The notes under the pieces were generated by a model. It was not told where the DNA came from and made no database searches. It saw nothing but the letters and a program-made list of their open reading frames with translations. A stretch of DNA of 64,000 nt from contig AP024665.1 of assembly GCA_024346625.1 (NCBI GenBank), positions 806,001 through 870,000 on the forward strand, read 5' to 3'. The position numbers and the translations under genes were made by a program. Positions 10,786 through 21,786 of the stretch are shown piece by piece. Every line of letters starts with the position of its first letter. The first letter of the stretch is position 1. Origin of the DNA: Williopsis jadinii. Its lineage: Eukaryota.

Positions 10786-11934
10786 TAGTTGTTGAAGCCT
10801 TCTCTGCTGTAACTGCTGCTGTGGCGTAAGATTTGTATTTGTTCCAAATGGTACTCTATTACCATTGCCATTTGTAACGTTCGCTTGCTTTATCTTTTCC
10901 TTGTTTGCCCTAAACTGTTCGACAAATCTCAAACGTGTAAACTGTGTAGCTTCTTCCCCTAGTGATACCTTATCGCTGAGTGTCAGCATGAACTGCTCAT
11001 ATTCAGAGCTCTGTTGAGGCGAATCCTCGTGTAATTCCCTAAATGGATGGAATGCCTTCGATTTTGGGTTAGTACTTTCAACTCTATGGCAATGGACGAT
11101 TTCTCCAGTGTCACGGTTAAACTTGGGGAATTCGTGTTCGGGCTTCCAAGCAGTGCATTTATAAGGATTCAAAGGTACTTTCAAGTTGACGTTTCTGTTT
11201 GTCAGTGTGAGTATTTCAGCCTCCATCCCAAGCCCTAATGCATCGCTAAATCTTTGAGGTGCCGCATCAGTCTGTGATAGTAAATCATAAAACAACGAAA
11301 GAGGAGTGGGTCTTAAAAGCGTTCTGAAGCTTCTTGGTACGAGTTGTTTCACTCTTTCCTGTTTGTCATTGACAACTTCAATTTCAACGGTCTTCCTATG
11401 ATCATAGACCAATAGTATTAGACAACCTTCATAAAATTGAATACCAGCATCTCTCAGCACTTCCACAATGGCATAAGGTATTTCACCCTTTGCCACGTAC
11501 TCTAAGAATTCCTTCACCAGAGCGTTCCCCTTCGAAAGAATACCATCCTTTTTGAAGTTAGTAATGTGTCAAGTTTATACGTTGATAGATTGATCTCCAC
11601 TCACTTGAGCTCCAAATCTATAATGATTCTCATGAATATGGAATTCCAAGGACGGTTTCAGCTTTTCATACTTCTTCAGGATCTCCTCTGTCCCTTCATG
11701 AAACACATACTTCTTCTTCAGTGCTGCAGGAGAATGTGCCAAACCGTGCTGATTACCATTCATCAACGACTGGCGATGTTGTTGTTGTAATTTTGCAGCC
11801 TCGGCATTGGACTGTGCCTGTTGATGCTGCTGTTGCTGGTTTCTTGTTATTACAGACCCATTAGCAGCACCATTGACTTGGGAAGGAGATTCTTTCGTCT
11901 CTGTGTACGAACGCTTGAGATCGTTTGAAGTCAT
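10510..11934 (-). CDS. SPT20: SAGA subunit Spt20, two exons (11934-11605, 11547-10510)
   Basis: Intron 11604-11548 has a GTGAGT donor, TACTAAC branch and AAG acceptor. Splicing gives SLEFHIHENHYRFGAQ|DGILSKGNALVKEFLEYV in frame; RTLLRPT motif; polyQ tail; synteny. Confidence 0.88.
10742..10820 (-). repeat. CAA/CAG polyglutamine microsatellite in SPT20
   Basis: TTG/CTG runs on the + strand encode QQQLQQRRLQQLQQQQQQQQQQQQQ. Confidence 0.85.
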
Positions 11935-12377
11935 TTTCTAGTCAATGTTCCCGTTCCCAATGCTTTCTTCGATATTGCGCTTTATACTGCTGGAAGAGAA
12001 CAAAAGAGGTTCACTAAACACACTGCTCAAGACTTGCGGACCCCTGAAAAAGACTGATAAAGACAACCAGAGCAAAGATATACGGAAGTGTCTTATAACA
12101 GAACAAGTACAAAGTTCTCAAGTCGGTGAGAGACTCTTCTTGTTCTTCTATTACTTGGTCAAATGTTGTTGTTCTCGTCTCTTTTGTACAAACATCGCGC
12201 ACGCATTCACAAACAAAAAAAAGAAGAGGAAGGACAGAACACCCAAACACCAACGTTAGCACCACACTACGGTTGCCTAACTACGGCTTAACTACGTCTT
12301 GCAATGGATCAAAGACAACCCTTGAAAGCACCAACGAGAGAACCTCTGAATACTTGTATTTACTATAACGTGCGTGT

Positions 12378-13091
12378 CTAGACCTTTGTGTTTGCCCAGA
12401 TGTCTTGAACTCCAAAGATGGAGGTGAATGTACCTGCAAGACCAATGGCACCTTCGTCAAAGTGCAAGAATCCCAGGTTGTTGAGGACGATGAAGAAGTC
12501 CAAAGAGTCCCATACAAGTCTCTTGTGGGTCTTTGCGCTCTCAGCCAAGAGCGACTTTTGCTCAGCGGAGATCTCCTTCTCGGCATCTTCTTCAGATGCA
12601 ATGGACTTCAACTTGGAAGAGGTTATGGCAATCTTTCTCAAATCGTTTGTCAAGCCGGCAACCAGGCCAATGAACCAAAACCAGTTGGCCCATTTTGGTG
12701 CCTTTGGTAGAGTCTTTGGTGATGTCAGTCCCAACAACTTAAACCAAGCAACGGAATCAAGGGACAAGTACCCCACGTATGCAAGGTTCTTCAACACAAC
12801 GGTGCTTCTGATGACACTGTCCGTCAGCTTGTTGTCGTAAGCCTTTGCAGCGTCCTGCAAATGGTTCAGAGGCTTCAAGAATCTCAGAGCCTTTCTGATA
12901 AACGTAGCATTACCTTGCAACGACTTGAACAATCTGGCAAGGTCTGGCAGACCTCTCTGTGCCGCATGGAAAGAGAGGAAACGGACAAGGTACTGGACAA
13001 GACGAAGCGTCTTCTCACGACCAGCAGTGGTGTTGAGATAGGTGATGAGTTTTGTCAAAGTTGGGTGGTAGATAACAGTATCGACAACCAT
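12378..13091 (-). CDS. PEX11: Peroxisome proliferation peroxin Pex11
   Basis: ATG at 13091; MVVDTVIYHPTLTKL, GREKTLRLVQYL and RKALRFLKPLNHLQ. Confidence 0.95.
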   Translation of the reverse strand: MVVDTVIYHPTLTKLITYLNTTAGREKTLRLVQYLVRFLSFHAAQRGLPDLARLFKSLQGNATFIRKALRFLKPLNHLQDAAKAYDNKLTDSVIRSTVVLKNLAYVGYLSLDSVAWFKLLGLTSPKTLPKAPKWANWFWFIGLVAGLTNDLRKIAITSSKLKSIASEEDAEKEISAEQKSLLAESAKTHKRLVWDSLDFFIVLNNLGFLHFDEGAIGLAGTFTSIFGVQDIWANTKV

Positions 13092-13608
13092 TTCGTCTTT
13101 ATTCAGTTGAGAATAATTGCTGTTGTGACAGAGTATCAAATAGAAATCGGGGAAGAAGATCAGAGCAGGCCCTTATAAGGAGATAGTGCTTGTTTTTTAT
13201 AACCGTTAGACCGTGGCTTAAAACTTTGCTACCCCAAACAAAGAAATAACTGGGGAAAGGAACCTGTGGTTTTTCGCATTTTTCACCGCGCGCGCTTGGA
13301 CATGGAAAACCACTTTACACCGATGTCATCGGAAAAATTCGGGTGACTAAAGGTAAATCAAGTGAGTCACCGTAGTTCGGCAAAGGCTGAACCCACACCC
13401 TCTTGGTGTAATAATTTTGATGTAAACACAACGACGTAATTTGTCCATGTCTGGGACAAGGACTCAATTGATTAGGTCTTGTCTGTCCACATGGGACATT
13501 TAACCGCAACTCTGTCGCTTCGATCAACACGTTACAAGGTTTAAACAATCAATGCAATTAATTTAAATTTATACAACGAAAACTTGACATCTACACCAAA
13601 AATGAGTC

Positions 13609-14877
13609 CTACTCCTTCACAAACACAGCGGCAGCACCCATACCGGTACCCAAACACATAGAGGTGACACCAATCTCACCAGTCTTCAACTCTCTCAACA
13701 ATGTGGCAAGTTGTCTTGTACCTGTAGCGGCCAATGGGTGACCAAGGGCAATGGCACCACCTCTTGGGTTAACCTTCTTGATATCAATGCCAACCTTGTG
13801 AATGGAGAACAAAGCCTGGGCAGCAAATGCCTCGTTGATCTCATAGACGGAAACATCGTCAACTTTCAATCCAGTGGCTTCCAAAACCTGAGGAATGGCA
13901 TAACCAGGACCAACACCCATAATCTCTGGTGGGACACCCAACACTCTGTATGCAACGTACTTACCAACGATAGGAAGACCCAACTTCTCTGCAACGTCAC
14001 GTCTAGCGAGCAATGCACCACTTGCACCATCAGAAACTTGGGAAGAGTTACCAGCGTGTGTGGAACCGGTCTTCTTGAAAGCTGGTCTAATCTTAGCCAA
14101 AGATTGCGGACTGACACCCTTTCTTGGACCTGAGTCTGTATCCACAATCACAGTCTTCTTGACAACTTTGCTGTCCTCTTCATCGTCATCGTTCTCCTCT
14201 TCTTCAGTAACTTCAACTTCAACTGGCAAGATTTCGTCCTTGAACAATCCCAACTCGATGGATCTCTCAGCCTTGTTGTAAGAAGCAGCGGCAAACTCAT
14301 CTTGAACCTTTCTGTCAATGTGGTACTTATCAGCAATGTTTTCGTTTGTAATACCCATTGGGATCTCGCACTTCTTCGCATTGACATCCTTCTTCAAGTT
14401 TGGAGATATTTCTGCAAGGGCACCTGGGCCGTAGTGAGAGGTCATGGACTCCACACCACAGGCATAACCAATATCGATTTGACCAGCAAGGATCTTGTTG
14501 GCAATGTCGTTAACGGCAGTTAACGACGATGAGCACTGTCTGTTAATGGCAATGAATGGAACAGAGTCTGGGATACCAGCCGCCAAGACGGCAGCTCTGT
14601 GCTCAGTGGCGCCCGCACCTTTGTTCAACACGTTACCACAGGCAACGTCACCAATCTTTGCCGGATCAACGTTCACCTTCTCCAAAAACTTCTTTGTGAA
14701 CTTGTACAAGATCTCATCCGACTTCAAATCCTTGAAAAGACCCTTACCGCCCTTGGTGATGGCCGTTCTGTAAGCCGCAACAATAACAACATCGTCCGGG
14801 TTCTTCTGCTTAGCAGCTTGCACACCTCCTCTAGAGGCAGATGTCAAATGGGTTTGTACTTGGCTCAATCTTTCCAT
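13609..14877 (-). CDS. POT1: Peroxisomal 3-ketoacyl-CoA thiolase
   Basis: PTS2 signal RLSQVQTHL; thiolase motifs NRQCSS, NEAFA, GGAIALGHP and CLGTGMG. Confidence 0.95.
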   Translation of the reverse strand: MERLSQVQTHLTSASRGGVQAAKQKNPDDVVIVAAYRTAITKGGKGLFKDLKSDEILYKFTKKFLEKVNVDPAKIGDVACGNVLNKGAGATEHRAAVLAAGIPDSVPFIAINRQCSSSLTAVNDIANKILAGQIDIGYACGVESMTSHYGPGALAEISPNLKKDVNAKKCEIPMGITNENIADKYHIDRKVQDEFAAASYNKAERSIELGLFKDEILPVEVEVTEEEENDDDEEDSKVVKKTVIVDTDSGPRKGVSPQSLAKIRPAFKKTGSTHAGNSSQVSDGASGALLARRDVAEKLGLPIVGKYVAYRVLGVPPEIMGVGPGYAIPQVLEATGLKVDDVSVYEINEAFAAQALFSIHKVGIDIKKVNPRGGAIALGHPLAATGTRQLATLLRELKTGEIGVTSMCLGTGMGAAAVFVKE

Positions 14878-15605
14878 TGTTTAGACTGTTTTACTTTTGT
14901 AGTGTAACACTAATCACAAGATTGATACAACAGAATGGAAACGGATGGGTACTACTCCACCCCTTTTATACGTTTATCCATTTCACCACACACATACACA
15001 CACATGAACAGCGAGAGAGAAATCGCAAAAGGCAAAAAGGAAAAAGAAAGGATGGAGAGAGGGGTGAGTTTACACTTCGGAACTGTTTTCCCAAGGGTCA
15101 ATTTTATGCTGGATTTCCCACATTTTGTTCCCGCCCAGCGTCCTGCCAGCGTCCCCCAGCATTGAATTTAGTACATGTTACGGTTTACAAAACCAAAAGC
15201 GAGTATGTGGTGTTGTTGCTGGAGTAAAATTCCGAAGCACAAGAGCGAGGCAAGCGGATAAAACACAAATTTGTGGAGAAAAGCTGACACAAAAAGCGGT
15301 AGAAATTTTTCAGAGTTGGGACTTTACCGAGGCTGGCGAAAATCAAACTTATCCCGGTTCGTTTAAACTCTCAGTGGGGGATTTCAAGGTTATTTTCAAA
15401 CCGCGGTTTGGCCATGGCAGAGGGGCAAGGGTTTGGGTGCGGAATATTGCCTAAAAAGACAGCTTCCTAATGTTGGAGTTTCCTCATAGGAGCGGTTAGA
15501 TATTCGTTTTATTTTTGCTTGTTGCCGCCCACCTATGCATACATTTTGAAAAATCCGCCGCTATTCACTTGTGCGAGTACTAGACGGTGAGCGCTGAGCA
15601 TCGCC

Positions 15606-16160
15606 ATGAGTGAGAAGGAGATTAAGAGGGTCACCGTAGAGAAAAAAGACGGTGTAAGACGCCAAACCAGGCGAGGACCTCGAAGAAATGCCAAGGGCAG
15701 CCCTTCACGAGAAGAGACCTCTGACTCACCGTCTTCTACAAAGAGTTCACAGCGCACTAGGAGAGCAAGGGCGCCATCCAGTCGAAAGTCAACAAACAGG
15801 GAGGATACACGACTGGATGAGCTGGATGACATAAGCAAACTAATCGAGTGTGTTCCCGAGATCACTCTCATCAATTCTACAAACAAGGCGAAAATCTACA
15901 AAGCTCAGATCAACAATGAACAGTACAAGATTACAATACCAACGTTGAAGAAGTCGCCCTTGCAACTACAATCGTTTCCCGGGAAACCGTTCAATATGGA
16001 TGTAATACGGAACTTCAATGCAAAGGTCCGAGCCATGGATAAAAGCGTGAAGTTCTACTTCAACTACTTGGTGAACGATTATCGTCACCTCCAGCTTCCA
16101 GCTAACGACTTTAAACTGTACGAAAATTCCAAGAACAAGCCGCAGTTACAGGTGGTATAG
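15606..16160 (+). CDS. Conserved protein resembling S. cerevisiae YIL161W (Smu2)
   Basis: ATG-initiated 184 aa ORF with a basic low-complexity N-terminus. C-terminal MDVIRNFNAKVR...NYLV resembles the YIL161W C-terminus as I recall it, and YIL161W neighbours POT1 (YIL160C). Confidence 0.7.
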   Translation: MSEKEIKRVTVEKKDGVRRQTRRGPRRNAKGSPSREETSDSPSSTKSSQRTRRARAPSSRKSTNREDTRLDELDDISKLIECVPEITLINSTNKAKIYKAQINNEQYKITIPTLKKSPLQLQSFPGKPFNMDVIRNFNAKVRAMDKSVKFYFNYLVNDYRHLQLPANDFKLYENSKNKPQLQVV

Positions 16161-16361
16161 TTACAACTACACAGCCATTACATAAACATAATCATCACAA
16201 TAGATTTATGTCCGTGGAGTCGGTTGAACTCCCTGTATACTTTTAAACCATTCTTGCACCTTTTCGTTACGAATAAAGGCAACACATTTTTCTAACGTTG
16301 GACTCATCAAAATCATACAAAATAAAGAAGAATATCGTAAAAATTCCACTAGCTTGGGAAA

Positions 16362-18209
16362 TCAGTTGAAAGTCTTGATGAATTCCTCAGTCTTCTTCTT
16401 CTCCTCAGCTCTCTTGGCATCATCCCAGTTGAACTCATCACCGATAACTTGCACAACACCATCAACAGCCTTGAGGGCAGCCTTGGAATCCAAGAAGGCC
16501 AATCTGGATCTTCTACACAAGAAGTCGATTGGGGTTCTGGTGTACTCGTACTTCAAGGAGTACTTCAACTCGGCAACAGTGAATGGATAGGCAAAGTTCT
16601 CGTAGGTGGCCTCTGCGGTCTTGGAAGCAAGGGCAACAGGCAATTGGTTGGCTTGATCCTTTTGGAACAACTCCAAAATCAATGGAGCTCTTGAACCATA
16701 GTTAGCAGCCAAGTGCTCGGCCAATTCAGCATCAACGTGGTACTTTTGGGACAATCTTGGTGCAACGGTAACGTCAAAATTCTCACCACCGGCCAAGATC
16801 AATTGCTTCGTAACGGTTGGCTTAGCAGTCAAGTTGTGTACTTTAACAGCCTCATCGATGGTCTCCTCAGCCATTTGTCTATAAGTAGTCCACTTACCAC
16901 CAGAGATTGTAGTCAAACCAGTCTCAGAGGTGAACAACAAATGGTTTCTAACCAAGTTCTCGGTACCGTTACTACTGCTCTTAACTCTTGGGTCACGAAC
17001 CAAAGGTCTAATACCAGACCAAGCAGACAAAACATCCTCTCTTCTAACAGGGAACTTGATGTAGTGTTGCAACTCTTGCAAAATGTCTTGAATATCAGCT
17101 TCGGTTGGGGTTGGGTTCTCTGGGATCTTCTCCAATGGAACATCGGTAGTACCAGCGAGAACCTTACCTTGCCATGGTAAGAAGAACATCACACGGCCAT
17201 CAGAGGTTTCAGCATCCAAAATACCCAAGTTCTTTGGACAGTAGTAGTCAGGCAAGATGATGTGAACACCAGCAGATGGAACAACAACCTTTGGTGGTTG
17301 TGGGGTAGCTGGTGGTTTACCTTGTGGATCCTTGTCCATGTCCAAGATGATATCGGAGAATGGACCAGTAGCATTAATAACAGATGTAGCCTTAACGTTG
17401 TACTCCTTACCAGTTTCACGGTCACGAGCAACAGCACCGACAACCTTACCATCTTCCTTTAGCAATTGAGTAACTTCAACATAGTTTAAAACGGTAGCAC
17501 CATTTTCGACGGCGGTGACGGCCAAAGTGGCGTTGAATCTGGAATCATTGAAGGAACCATCGTGGTACACCAAACCAGCCTTCAAACCGGTACCATCCAA
17601 TTGTGGAGCTGCAGCAAGGGCAGCTTGTGGGAAGAGCAAGTAAGAGGATCTCAAGTTTTGCTTACCTGCAAACAAGTCGTAAACTTTAGTACCAACCCAG
17701 AAGTAAGGAACTTGCCAGAGCTTGTAGACTGGAATCATAATTGGCAAAACAGTAGCCAAATGAGGAGCAGTTCTCAACATGGATCCACGCTCATCCAAGG
17801 CCTCGATAACCAAGTCCAATTGGGACTTGGATAACTGCCAGAATGCCTTCTCAAGGTATCTAACACCACCGTGAGCCATCTTAGTAGACTTTGAAGAAGT
17901 ACCAGCAGCGAAATCTGTTCTCTCCAAAAGAGCAACGTTCAAACCTCTGGTGGCAGCATCAACTGCAGAACCTGCACCGGCGGCACCACCACCAATGATA
18001 AGAACATCAAACTTTGGCGTGGTCTCGAGCTTCTTGAGCATCTCCTCTCTTGATGGAGGAGCTGGTCTGCTCTCGATCAGAGGAGGTAAGTTTACCTCGT
18101 TGGAAACATGAGATTGCTGTGAAACGTAGTAAGCACCCGCAGCGGCAGAAGCAGCGGCAGCAGTGGCCATAAAGCCACGTTGAGTAATTCTCTTAAAGGC
18201 AAAAGACAT
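16362..18209 (-). CDS. GUT2: Mitochondrial FAD-dependent glycerol-3-phosphate dehydrogenase
   Basis: ATG at 18209 with a presequence; motifs DVLIIGGGAAG, GTSSKSTKMAHGGVRYL, WSGIRPL and GGKWTTYR. Confidence 0.96.
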   Translation of the reverse strand: MSFAFKRITQRGFMATAAAASAAAGAYYVSQQSHVSNEVNLPPLIESRPAPPSREEMLKKLETTPKFDVLIIGGGAAGAGSAVDAATRGLNVALLERTDFAAGTSSKSTKMAHGGVRYLEKAFWQLSKSQLDLVIEALDERGSMLRTAPHLATVLPIMIPVYKLWQVPYFWVGTKVYDLFAGKQNLRSSYLLFPQAALAAAPQLDGTGLKAGLVYHDGSFNDSRFNATLAVTAVENGATVLNYVEVTQLLKEDGKVVGAVARDRETGKEYNVKATSVINATGPFSDIILDMDKDPQGKPPATPQPPKVVVPSAGVHIILPDYYCPKNLGILDAETSDGRVMFFLPWQGKVLAGTTDVPLEKIPENPTPTEADIQDILQELQHYIKFPVRREDVLSAWSGIRPLVRDPRVKSSSNGTENLVRNHLLFTSETGLTTISGGKWTTYRQMAEETIDEAVKVHNLTAKPTVTKQLILAGGENFDVTVAPRLSQKYHVDAELAEHLAANYGSRAPLILELFQKDQANQLPVALASKTAEATYENFAYPFTVAELKYSLKYEYTRTPIDFLCRRSRLAFLDSKAALKAVDGVVQVIGDEFNWDDAKRAEEKKKTEEFIKTFN

Positions 18210-20514
18210 TTTCTCTTTAACCTCTTGTCGAAAGACTATGAGTAGTGAATAGAAAAGGGAAAGAGAAGAAGGGAAAGAGTTGACTGGATTGTGTTTCAAA
18301 AAAACCGCTGGACGGGTCTCCGACCTTTTTATATAAAATTAGTGCATGCTGAAAAGGTGTCCTGAGGAAAGAGGGAGGGGTCGAAAATTTGTCCGATGGG
18401 AGTTGCATATGTCCCAAAATAAAAACGGCGACATTTGTCCCAACCTTCTGTTTACTTCGGAACGTTTTCAGCGTTTACGGATTAATACAACTGTGACTCT
18501 GTACTATCACATAGTACAACCAGTAACTGATGAACCCATAGATTCAGATAGATTACATAGTTATATATCATTAGGAAGAAATTTTTCCATTAGCATCATA
18601 TTTTAGCTTCATGGAAAATTGCACCCATACATAAGCGGTTCCGGTTCTTGTGTGAAATCGAGGCTTTACGTACAACTTCCCGACATCCTTAGTAACACCA
18701 CCAACATATAATATCGAATCTGATGTATCGTCGACCATATGGTTTGGTGGTATGAGCCAACCAAGCAAAGATGAATTGAATGTACCTATACAGAGTTGAA
18801 TCTCCTTTAGCTTTACAATTGGTTATCATGTATCTACGATGGGGTTGTTTTGGTCCATGCCTTCGAGCATGTTCGCCAGCGCTTCCTGGACGTTTTGCGC
18901 GTAGTTTCCACGGGCAATTTCTGTTTAGGCGTTCAATAGGCTAAATTTCACCTTGCGTACAGGCTATTTGTCCAATTGAAAACACCGTCTTTTCGACGAT
19001 CTCCAAGCCGAACATTGAACTCTGTTTTTTGATTTCATAGAGGAAGCAATACTGGATACGAATCATTTGAACTACAAGATGAATGATGATCATTTACTAG
19101 TCATATATGAAAGACAAATGTTTACGACAACCACCCCCTCCCCCGGTTCTGTTTGTAATGTGGATAGTTGGGGAAAGTAAATCACCCCTGTTTTAAGTTA
19201 CCGAGCTTCGAAGTGGCCATCGGCAAACAGAAAGGCGCATTTTCCAAACTCGAAAAAACCATAAACGTTGAAACCAGGATGAATGGGTCGATGACAACCT
19301 TACACGCGTCTATTTCCACATGCTACACCCCCTCCCTCCATCTCTTGCATAAAACCTTTAAACGCACAGCGTAGTGAAGTAACCCTATAGAGGTTAGTAA
19401 TGTATGGATGTCAGATGAAGGCCCCACCTTTGTGTGTGGCCAATGCCCGAATTATAGCTACAGTATTATCGATGACATTTATTACCCATATAAGAAATGC
19501 TTTTGAAATATTTGTTCTTGTATGAAAATTCCTGGACGATCAGTTGCAGTACATCTGAATTTACTACTTTTCCAGTTATTTCAAGGTGCCAAAAACACTA
19601 GCCATGTAGATCTGGATAGGTATTGTCTTGGATCTCCTATGGCTTAGAACTCAGAGAATAACAACTGAGTACAGAACTGAATCCTTCTATGAATAATTAA
19701 TCGAATGGATACAGAACGATATGAGATATAACTTGAGAGCTCAGATATGATGGAAAGACCAAAGAATAAGTGACGGGGTTGTCGTTGTTGCACTTGCATG
19801 TCTTACGTTCGGGGAACTCTTAAAAACAGGATATTGACACATGGTTTCCCCGGAGCTGTATACTACGTGAAAAGAGATAGCCGAGGACAAACAAAACACA
19901 ATTCTTCTTCTAGGCCATTGTATTTGTTGTTAGAAGTTTGTTTTACAAGTACTAATATCCTATCCCAACTAAAAGGTAATATCTGGAACGTTTTTATTTG
20001 GGATGACACCTACTTCAAGCAATAAAGAAATGTCCCATGTCCAAAAATTGACTCGAAAAGTGCCTGGCAATTCCCGGGTTGGAGTTGGTCGCGAATCGCA
20101 TGCCCCGGGTAAACGTCCATCGAAAAACGGTACGAGCCCGGGGAAATAGACCAATCTCAACGGACGAACAAAGTACAGGCCGTGCACGAGAATTTGGCCT
20201 CCTTTTTGCTGTTTTGGGACATACGTTACGGGTCGTGGACATCTGGATCATGGTCGATGAGCCATATGCACAGCAACAACGATTGGCTGACTTTAACGGA
20301 TGAGAAATACCCATCACCATATACAATTGATTACAACTATCTGGTGAAATGAAATAACTTGGATCATCTGTGTATAATATCTGGCATAAACATGTTGGCT
20401 CTGTAAATACTAAAACATGGTGTAAAAACAACATATTATCTCATGTACAAAAGTAGTTGAAGTAAAGAGTCTGGATTGAGTAACAAAGTGTGAATCATGA
20501 CACATGCAGACTGT

Positions 20515-21786
20515 TCAATATCCAACTGATCTCCGTCTGCTCTTTCTTTTTATAACTTGGAAAGGACAAGCAGTGATGTAGTTCGCCAACTTGTCGGTGG
20601 TGATAAGCACTTGGTATGCAATGACAAACAAAGAAGGCTTCAAGAACCCAACTAACTGGTTGACAAAATGTTTTGTGAATGGTCTGTACGTGCTCTCGAT
20701 GACAATGTGCAATTTGAATTCTGGATCGGAGAGCAAGTTCAGACAGCTCTCAGCATATCCAGTCAAGGTATCAACTTGTTTCTCGTAGAACTCCATCTGT
20801 GCAAACTTATCTGTGGAGCAGTTGATAATATAAATAACGTCTCCGGAGCTCGCCGTAGATCCAATTGTGTATTGAAGAGCCATCAGAGAGTCCACGCTCA
20901 TATCCATATAAACAATATATGTGTTGATATCCTTCGGTGTCTTTTCTGTGTTGAAGAAATCGCCAACTGTCAAGCTTCTTGAAACTCGCGGGTTGTCATT
21001 GTTAACTTCCAACTTGCTCTTCACAATGTTCTTGTTTGATTCTGACGAAGGTCCTGAATCAGCAGTCTTTCCAGAATGTTCAATGATATACTTCTTGTAA
21101 TCGTCAAGAGTCTTGTTCTTTCTGTTTTGCAACTTGACTAGCTCCTCGGCCTTAACGTCGTGGGGATGCACAATGCCCAGCTCTCGCAACTTCTCATGAA
21201 TCGACTCCGCCATTCCTTCTGGCACACTGTTACCAACTGATTTGGCATCATCAAGACCTTTCTCCAAGGCTAGCGCCTCGCTAAGTTTCTCCATCTCTTC
21301 TTTCTTTCTCAGCAAATTCTGTCTGTTCTGTTCATCAATGGATAAACGCTCCAGTGCAGCCGCTGTTGACTTTATCGTGCTTGATCTCCTCTTGTAGTAA
21401 TCGTTAATGGAACATCCAAAGTTCGGGAGTTTCATCTCATTAACGTCAAAGTCGAAATCGGCCTCATCGTCGCTAATTTGCTCTTCATCACTGTAGTCGT
21501 CCTCAGGGTTCGGAGTGCCATCCGGTCTTATACTCTTCCCTTCAAATCTTTCAAAGGGGTCATGTGTTAAAACCGACCAGCGGTAGTTTGTCTCCTCGTT
21601 CTGGCTCGCGGCCCTCGAACCATTAGGCCTACGGCTAGAGGAGCGACCCCTTGTACGACCACGAGATATGGAGCGCAACTGGCCACCAGTGTTTGTAGGG
21701 GAAAGAGACACATCTCTTCCCCTGCCAGGCGACAGATGCGAGACACGACGGTTGTTGTCGGTGGCTAATGCAGATTCTAAGGACAT
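20515..21786 (-). CDS. IMP21: Imp2'-like (YIL154C) regulator with a C-terminal USP-like domain
   Basis: YRWSVLTHDP, SDEEQISD, MKLPNFGCSIN and YIVYMDMS...ALQY resemble Imp2'. It lies between GUT2 and RRD1, as in S. cerevisiae. Confidence 0.78.
   Translation of the reverse strand: MSLESALATDNNRRVSHLSPGRGRDVSLSPTNTGGQLRSISRGRTRGRSSSRRPNGSRAASQNEETNYRWSVLTHDPFERFEGKSIRPDGTPNPEDDYSDEEQISDDEADFDFDVNEMKLPNFGCSINDYYKRRSSTIKSTAAALERLSIDEQNRQNLLRKKEEMEKLSEALALEKGLDDAKSVGNSVPEGMAESIHEKLRELGIVHPHDVKAEELVKLQNRKNKTLDDYKKYIIEHSGKTADSGPSSESNKNIVKSKLEVNNDNPRVSRSLTVGDFFNTEKTPKDINTYIVYMDMSVDSLMALQYTIGSTASSGDVIYIINCSTDKFAQMEFYEKQVDTLTGYAESCLNLLSDPEFKLHIVIESTYRPFTKHFVNQLVGFLKPSLFVIAYQVLITTDKLANYITACPFQVIKRKSRRRSVGY

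Noticed and set aside
11945..12368. Overlapping 80-104 aa ORFs between SPT20 and PEX11
   Set aside because: No homology; the region is needed as SPT20 promoter and PEX11 terminator.
20015..20434. 139-aa ORF downstream of IMP2'
   Set aside because: Random-looking Cys/Arg-rich composition and no motif.
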